Shown here: piece after piece, positions 57,316 to 64,000 of the stretch
Layout: every line of letters starts with the position of its first letter
Position numbering within the stretch: the first letter of the stretch is position 1
Origin: a bacterium
Lineage (GTDB): Bacteria; Lernaellota; Lernaellaia; JACKCT01
Direction of reading: 5' to 3'
DNA: 64,000 nt
NCBI GenBank assembly: GCA_019912885.1
Contig: JAIOHV010000149.1
Span: 33,441 to 97,440, forward strand
Notes under the pieces: generated by a model
The model's database searches: none
What the model saw: only the letters and a program-made list of their open reading frames with translations
Told to the model about the DNA's origin: nothing
Position numbers and translations under genes: made by a program

Positions 57316-58553
57316 ACGTGCCCCGTTTTCTTCCGCACATCGAGCGCGCTGCGCTTTTTCTTTTCGCGGCCGCGGCGCCGATCAGTATCACTCTGACGCA
57401 GACCGCGTTGGCCGTGTTGCTACTCGCCGCCGCGTTCCGGTTTTCGCGAAACGCCGCGTGGGAATATACGGAGATCGACGTCGCGCTGTTGCTGTTTCTG
57501 GCGTGGATGTTCGTCGCGGCAATAATGTCGGAGCACCGCCTGACCGCTCTGACGAGCTTTGCCGGAATGTGGGTGCATCTGGCGTGGTTCGCCCTGCGTT
57601 CAGCGAATTTTTCGCGGCGCGACATGAAGACCGCGCTCGTCATTCTTGCGGCGGCGGGCGCCCTTGCCGGCGCTTACGGCGTCGCCCAGGCTTTTTTTGG
57701 CGAAGCCGTGCCGCGCCCGCTGGCGCCGAGGGTGCCTCTGTGGCAGCCGCACGGCGGATATTTTCACGCGGTGGGCCTTTTCGATCATCACCTGACCTTC
57801 GGCAATACGCTCCTTTTGGTTGCCGGCGCGGCGATGGGTGTCATCGCCCTTTCGGGGCGGCCCTGTCGGAAATTTCTGGGCGCCGCTTTCCTCCTCACGC
57901 TCGCGGGCATCGTCGCCAGTTACGCGCGCAGCGCGTGGATCGGCCTTGCCGCCCTGGCGCTCGTCCCGGCGTTTTATCGTGGGCGCGGCGTCCTTCGGCG
58001 CGCGGGAATCGCGGCGGCCGTAGCGGTGATCGTATCCGTCGTGGCCGTTTTTGCCGCGCCCGGGTTGCGGCATCGGGTCGCGTCTTCCCTGTCCGCGGGC
58101 GGCAATCTCGAACGCTGGTACATCTGGCAAACCTCCGCCGACGTCGTGCGCGAACATCCCGTCGCCGGCATCGGCCCCGGCGCGTACCGCGAGACGATCG
58201 ACGCCTATCGCGCGGGCTATAACATCAAGTGGACGACCGCGAGCCATGCGCACAACTCGTTCATGATGGCGGCGGTGGAAGGTGGCCTTCCGGGTCTCTT
58301 CCTTTTCGTGACGCTGCTTTTGACCGTGGCCGCGCCATTTTTTTTCGCGCTTGACCGCGCGCCGCCGGGCTCGCCCGAGCGCGGCATGGCGGTCGCGTTC
58401 CTGGCGACCGTGGCGGCCTTTACGATAGCGAGCGTGTTCCAGCATAATTTCGGCGACGCCGAGGTTGTGATGGCTTTCTGGCTCGTGGCCGCGGCCGGGC
58501 GAAATCTGGCCGTCGATCGACCTTCGGACCAAGGATCCGGTTTCAACGTATGA
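57312..58553 (+). CDS. O-antigen ligase (WaaL/Wzy_C) family membrane protein
   Basis: More than 10 TM helices, with the periplasmic loop AHNSFMMAAVEGGLPGL (H-x-N/...-E-GG) typical of Wzy_C. Confidence 0.75.
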   Translation: MNVPRFLPHIERAALFLFAAAAPISITLTQTALAVLLLAAAFRFSRNAAWEYTEIDVALLLFLAWMFVAAIMSEHRLTALTSFAGMWVHLAWFALRSANFSRRDMKTALVILAAAGALAGAYGVAQAFFGEAVPRPLAPRVPLWQPHGGYFHAVGLFDHHLTFGNTLLLVAGAAMGVIALSGRPCRKFLGAAFLLTLAGIVASYARSAWIGLAALALVPAFYRGRGVLRRAGIAAAVAVIVSVVAVFAAPGLRHRVASSLSAGGNLERWYIWQTSADVVREHPVAGIGPGAYRETIDAYRAGYNIKWTTASHAHNSFMMAAVEGGLPGLFLFVTLLLTVAAPFFFALDRAPPGSPERGMAVAFLATVAAFTIASVFQHNFGDAEVVMAFWLVAAAGRNLAVDRPSDQGSGFNV

Positions 58554-59551
58554 TCAGCCGCGAACGCTTTTTGGAGACGATCAAGAATTTTCCCCACCGG
58601 AACATCCTCGTGGTGGGGGATCTCATCATCGACCGCTATTTCTGGGGCAACGTCTCGCGAATAAGCCCCGAGGCGCCGGTGCCGGTCGTCGAGGTCGAGC
58701 GCCAGGAAAACCGCGCCGGCGGCGCCGCCAACGTCGCCATGAACCTCGCCGGGCTCGGCGCGAACGTCTATCTCGCGGGCGTCGTCGGCGACGACGGCGG
58801 CAAGGAGATCCTCGCCGCGACGCTCGCGGGGGGCGGCGGGAACATCTCCGGCGATTTCTTCGTCGGCGAAAATCATCGGCCGACCACGATCAAGACGCGC
58901 ATCATCGGGCACAGTCAGCAGATCGTGCGTTTCGACATGGAGCGCGACGGACCGATCGCGGCCTCGACACGAAACGAAATCGTCGACCGCATCTCCAGAC
59001 GCGCCCGGGAATTTCACGCCATCGTCGTCTCGGACTACGCCAAGGGCGTCATCAGCCGCGTCCTGATCGACCGGCTCAAGGAAATCGCCCGGGACAACCG
59101 CATCCCGATCGCCGTCGATCCGCGCCTTCAGCACGCGAATTTCTACAAGGGCGTCGACCTCATCACGCCGAACCACATCGAGGCGGGGCAGTTTCTGGGC
59201 ATCGAATTGCGCAACGAGGACGGGGCCGTCGAGTCCGCGGGCGCGAAAATCCTCAAGCGCTGGAACCTCAAGAACCTGCTCATCACGCGCGCCGGCCTCG
59301 GCATGACGAGCTTTGAACCCGGGCGCAAACCGCGTCACATTCCCACGGTCGCGCGGCAGGTTTACGATGTCACGGGCGCGGGCGATTCCGTGATCGCCGC
59401 GGTCGTCCTGGCGCGCGCCGCAGGCGCGACGTGGGAAGAGGCGGCATCGATCGCCAACCACGCCGCCGGCATCGTGGTCGGGAAGATCGGCACGGTGCCG
59501 GTAACGATTCGTGAACTGCGCGACTACATGCGCCGGCGCTCCGCCGTCTGA
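58550..59551 (+). CDS. hldE: D-glycero-beta-D-manno-heptose-7-phosphate kinase (RfaE/HldE domain I, ribokinase fold)
   Basis: ILVVGDLIIDRYFWGNVSRISPEAPVPVV...DVTGAGDSVIAAV. Confidence 0.8.
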   Translation: MISRERFLETIKNFPHRNILVVGDLIIDRYFWGNVSRISPEAPVPVVEVERQENRAGGAANVAMNLAGLGANVYLAGVVGDDGGKEILAATLAGGGGNISGDFFVGENHRPTTIKTRIIGHSQQIVRFDMERDGPIAASTRNEIVDRISRRAREFHAIVVSDYAKGVISRVLIDRLKEIARDNRIPIAVDPRLQHANFYKGVDLITPNHIEAGQFLGIELRNEDGAVESAGAKILKRWNLKNLLITRAGLGMTSFEPGRKPRHIPTVARQVYDVTGAGDSVIAAVVLARAAGATWEEAASIANHAAGIVVGKIGTVPVTIRELRDYMRRRSAV

Positions 59552-59572
59552 CGCAGGAGGATCCGACACGGC

Positions 59573-60454
59573 ATGGCCGTATTCAGCATGACCGGTTACG
59601 GACGCGGCGCCGCGAAAAAGGGCGGCTCCTCGGCGACCTGCGAGGTGAAGTCCGTCAACAATCGCTATCTCGATGTCAACGTGCGCGCGCCCCGCGGCGT
59701 CCTGGCGTTCGAGCCGCGCCTGCGTGACCTCGTTCAGCAGACGCTTTCGCGCGGGCGCGTGGATTTGTTCATCGAACTGCAAACGCGCGAGGCGCACGGC
59801 GCCGACGTTCACGTGGACGAGCAGCTCGCCAGGCGTTATCTGCGCCGCGTGCGCGCGCTGCAAAAGTCGCTCAACGTCCCCGGCGCGGTCGAGATCCGCG
59901 ATGTCCTCGCGTGGCAGGGCGTTTTGGTTTTCACGGAAAGCGAAACAGACGCGGAAGTCGTCTGGCCGCTTGTCGAGGAAGCCGCGAAAAAGGCGCTCAA
60001 GGGCCTTGTCGCGACGCGCAAGCGCGAGGGCGAGGCGTTGCGCAAGGAGCTGTCCGGCCGCCTGCGGCTGTTACGCACGACCGTCCGCGACATGGAAGAA
60101 GAAATCCCCCGCGTCGCCAGTTCGATCGAGGACCGCGTTCGCCTGCGTATCACGACGCTTCAGACCGTGCCGAACGTCGATGCGGACAGACTCGCGCAGG
60201 AGGTCGCGTTCCACGTCGCCCGCGCGGACGTGACCGAGGAGATGGTGCGTCTGACCGCGCACATCGACCACTTCGAGTCCGCGCTCGCCGAGCCCCGCGC
60301 GGAGGGCAAGCGCCTGGACTTCCTGCTTCAGGAGATGCACCGGGAGATCACGACGTACGCGAACAAGCTCCAGGGCACGGCGGTGAGCCGCCACGTGATC
60401 GAGGCCAAGTCGCTCGCGGAAAAACTGCGCGAGCAGGTGCAGAACATCGAATGA
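59573..60454 (+). CDS. yicC: YicC family stress-induced protein (putative endoribonuclease)
   Basis: MAVFSMTGYGRG...SVNNRYLDV...LDFLLQEMHREITTYANK is the conserved YicC N- and C-terminal domain pattern. Confidence 0.8.
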   Translation: MAVFSMTGYGRGAAKKGGSSATCEVKSVNNRYLDVNVRAPRGVLAFEPRLRDLVQQTLSRGRVDLFIELQTREAHGADVHVDEQLARRYLRRVRALQKSLNVPGAVEIRDVLAWQGVLVFTESETDAEVVWPLVEEAAKKALKGLVATRKREGEALRKELSGRLRLLRTTVRDMEEEIPRVASSIEDRVRLRITTLQTVPNVDADRLAQEVAFHVARADVTEEMVRLTAHIDHFESALAEPRAEGKRLDFLLQEMHREITTYANKLQGTAVSRHVIEAKSLAEKLREQVQNIE

Positions 60455-61077
60455 CCGCCGAACGACCCGGATCCGGCCGCCTGTTCGTGGTCACCGCGCC
60501 GTCCGGCGCGGGCAAGTCTTCGCTTTGCAAGGAGTTGATCGCGTCCGTGCCCGGCCTTCGCTTTTCGACAAGCCATACGACACGCGGCCCGCGGCCGCTG
60601 GAGGCCGACGGGCGGGATTACCACTTCATCTCCCGGGACGAATTCCGCGCGCAGGTTGACGCGGGGCGATTGGCCGAATGGACGGAAATCCACGGCAACC
60701 TTTATGGAACGAGCATGGACGAGCTCGAAAGCGCCCGCGCCGAAGGGTTTGACCTGATCCTCGACATCGAGGGCCGGGGCGCGGCGCAAATCCGCGCCAA
60801 GTGGCCGAATTCGGTCTTCATCTTCGTCATCCCGCCAAGCCTCTCCGAGCTGCGCGAGCGGCTTTACGGGCGCGATTCCGATCCCCGGGAGGAGATCGAA
60901 ATGCGCTTGAAGAGCGCGGCGGAAGAAATCACTTATCTGCCGAACTATGATTATATTATTATCAACGAAGATTTCGACGAGGCGGTCTTTCGCCTTGTTT
61001 CGATCGTGGTCGCGGAACGGAGCCGGCGCGATAGCCAGATCGATCGCCTGCCCGAGGAGTTCCGGCCGCGACGCTAG
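60451..61077 (+). CDS. gmk: Guanylate kinase
   Basis: P-loop SGAGKSSL, then TTRGPRPLEADGRDYHF (GMP-binding). ATG overlaps the yicC stop. Confidence 0.9.
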   Translation: MTAERPGSGRLFVVTAPSGAGKSSLCKELIASVPGLRFSTSHTTRGPRPLEADGRDYHFISRDEFRAQVDAGRLAEWTEIHGNLYGTSMDELESARAEGFDLILDIEGRGAAQIRAKWPNSVFIFVIPPSLSELRERLYGRDSDPREEIEMRLKSAAEEITYLPNYDYIIINEDFDEAVFRLVSIVVAERSRRDSQIDRLPEEFRPRR

Positions 61078-61083
61078 AATTCG

Positions 61084-63249
<2,166 letters not shown>

Positions 63250-63293
63250 CGAGAGAGGCTGCAGACCACAGTCCACAGGGAACGCAGAAGGGC

Positions 63294-63386
63294 GTGATCC
63301 AGGGATCGGGCGCGAAGTCATCCACGGGTCGGGCGCAAGTCATCCAGGGATCGGGCGCTTCGTCATCCTGAGCGAAGCGAAGGATC
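63294..63386. repeat. Three imperfect direct repeats of ~22-23 bp (GTSATCCAGGGATCGGGCGC...), then a degenerate fourth copy forming a 7-bp-stem hairpin CGCTTCG-n11-CGAAGCG
   Basis: Seen directly. Copies at 63294-63316, 63317-63338 and 63339-63361; hairpin at 63355-63379. Located in the convergent rel/rpmB intergenic region. Confidence 0.45.
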
Positions 63387-63456
63387 TGGCTCGCCCCGGC
63401 TGACGGCTCCGCGTTTTCCACAACGATGCGATCCGTCAACCGCGTCGCCCGAACGC

Positions 63457-63487
63457 AAAAACGCCCGGTGGCATGGGCCTCCGGGCG
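63457..63487 (-). terminator. Rho-independent terminator of rpmB
   Basis: On the minus strand: CGCCCGG-loop-CCGGGCG followed by TTTTT. Confidence 0.55.
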
Positions 63488-63507
63488 GTCGTTTCGCGGA
63501 TTCGCGT

Positions 63508-63705
63508 TCAGCGCGCGGCTTTTTTGATCTTGCCGCCGGAGATGCAGGTCGTGCAAACGCGCATGCGCCGCGCGATGCCGGCCGACACCGCGACGCGGAC
63601 TTTCTGGAGGTTCGGCCGCCAGACCTTCTTGGTGCGATTGTTCGCGTGGCTGACGTTCATACCGACCTGGCGGCCCTTGCCGCAGACTTCACAGATTTGT
63701 GCCAT
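63508..63705 (-). CDS. rpmB: 50S ribosomal protein L28
   Basis: [38 protein letters not shown]...[19 protein letters not shown], 65 aa. The listed ORF is spuriously N-extended; ATG at 63703-63705. Confidence 0.9.
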   Translation of the reverse strand: MAQICEVCGKGRQVGMNVSHANNRTKKVWRPNLQKVRVAVSAGIARRMRVCTTCISGGKIKKAAR

Positions 63706-63800
63706 GGTCTTCCTGCTCGTTCCCGGGACGATTTGCCGCGCCGCGCGCGGCCTCCCGAACCCCCGAAATCGGCCCTCCGAGGGTGATTGGAGGCGGTCTG

Positions 63801-64000
63801 TTAGCATACAGCGGCCAAAGGCGCAAGATGGGTGGCGAAATCGTCGTCCCCCGGCGGATCGATGTCCGGGCACTGCGGGTCGAGTTCGTCCACGAAGCCG
63901 TCGCAGTTGTTGTCGATGCCGTCGGCGCAGTCTTCCGCGCGGCTGGGATTCATGAAGGCATTGTGATCGTTGCAGTCTTCCGGAGCGCACCAGCCGTCGG
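63801..64000 (-). CDS. C-terminus of a Cys-rich repeat protein with MopE-like putative metal-binding motif (3' partial, continues beyond window)
   Basis: Reverse-strand translation ...[65 protein letters not shown]-stop matches the C-x-D-x-D-...-NP-x-A-x-E-x-C-DG-x-DN-x-CDG repeat common in Myxococcota. Confidence 0.5.
   Translation of the reverse strand, partial: DGWCAPEDCNDHNAFMNPSRAEDCADGIDNNCDGFVDELDPQCPDIDPPGDDDFATHLAPLAAVC

Overview
High-GC (~68%) chromosomal window from a Gram-negative, probably Myxococcota-like bacterium. The phylum guess rests on a MopE-type Cys-repeat protein at the window end, lipoprotein-rich content, and LPS-core and Lnt genes. About 60 genes are supported. They include: (i) a minus-strand glycoconjugate operon (SCP2-like, class-III aminotransferase, LbH transferase, AcpS-like, DegT aminotransferase, GT4, GT2) preceded by two tandem FHA-domain proteins; (ii) a second glycosyltransferase group (two GT2, a FAD-dependent oxidoreductase, a GT39/ArnT-like gene) next to an M14 carboxypeptidase-PKD protein; (iii) a proline/hydroxyproline catabolic operon (P5C dehydrogenase plus a three-subunit HcnABC/PDH1-like flavo-iron-sulfur dehydrogenase); (iv) cls, suhB, a standalone HEPN gene, and a Bacillus-type fadN-fadA beta-oxidation pair preceded by a FadR(YsiA)-box-like palindrome; (v) an ISL3-family IS with an imperfect 8-bp target duplication, inserted next to a low-GC (~50%) restriction-modification island (vsr, C5-cytosine methyltransferase, GIY-YIG Eco29kI-like endonuclease); (vi) aroG (DAHP synthase with regulatory domain), tyrA, a YihY/BrkB protein, amiC-type amidase, a HicB-like gene, lnt, and prfB with its canonical +1 frameshift site; (vii) an LPS inner-core operon (EptA-like transferase, GT2, two GT9 heptosyltransferases, GT4, O-antigen ligase, heptose kinase), then yicC, gmk, rel and rpmB. 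The most unusual feature is a paralogous set of five exported proteins. Each fuses a different domain (beta-propeller, M14 peptidase-PKD, FGE/SUMF1, glycoside-hydrolase-like, EEP nuclease/phosphatase) to a shared Cys-Gly plus long (DDDxx)n poly-aspartate module. The module sits right after a lipoprotein signal peptide in most members but at the extreme C-terminus (ending ...GCGC) in the peptidase. No CRISPR array, tRNA or rRNA genes were seen.
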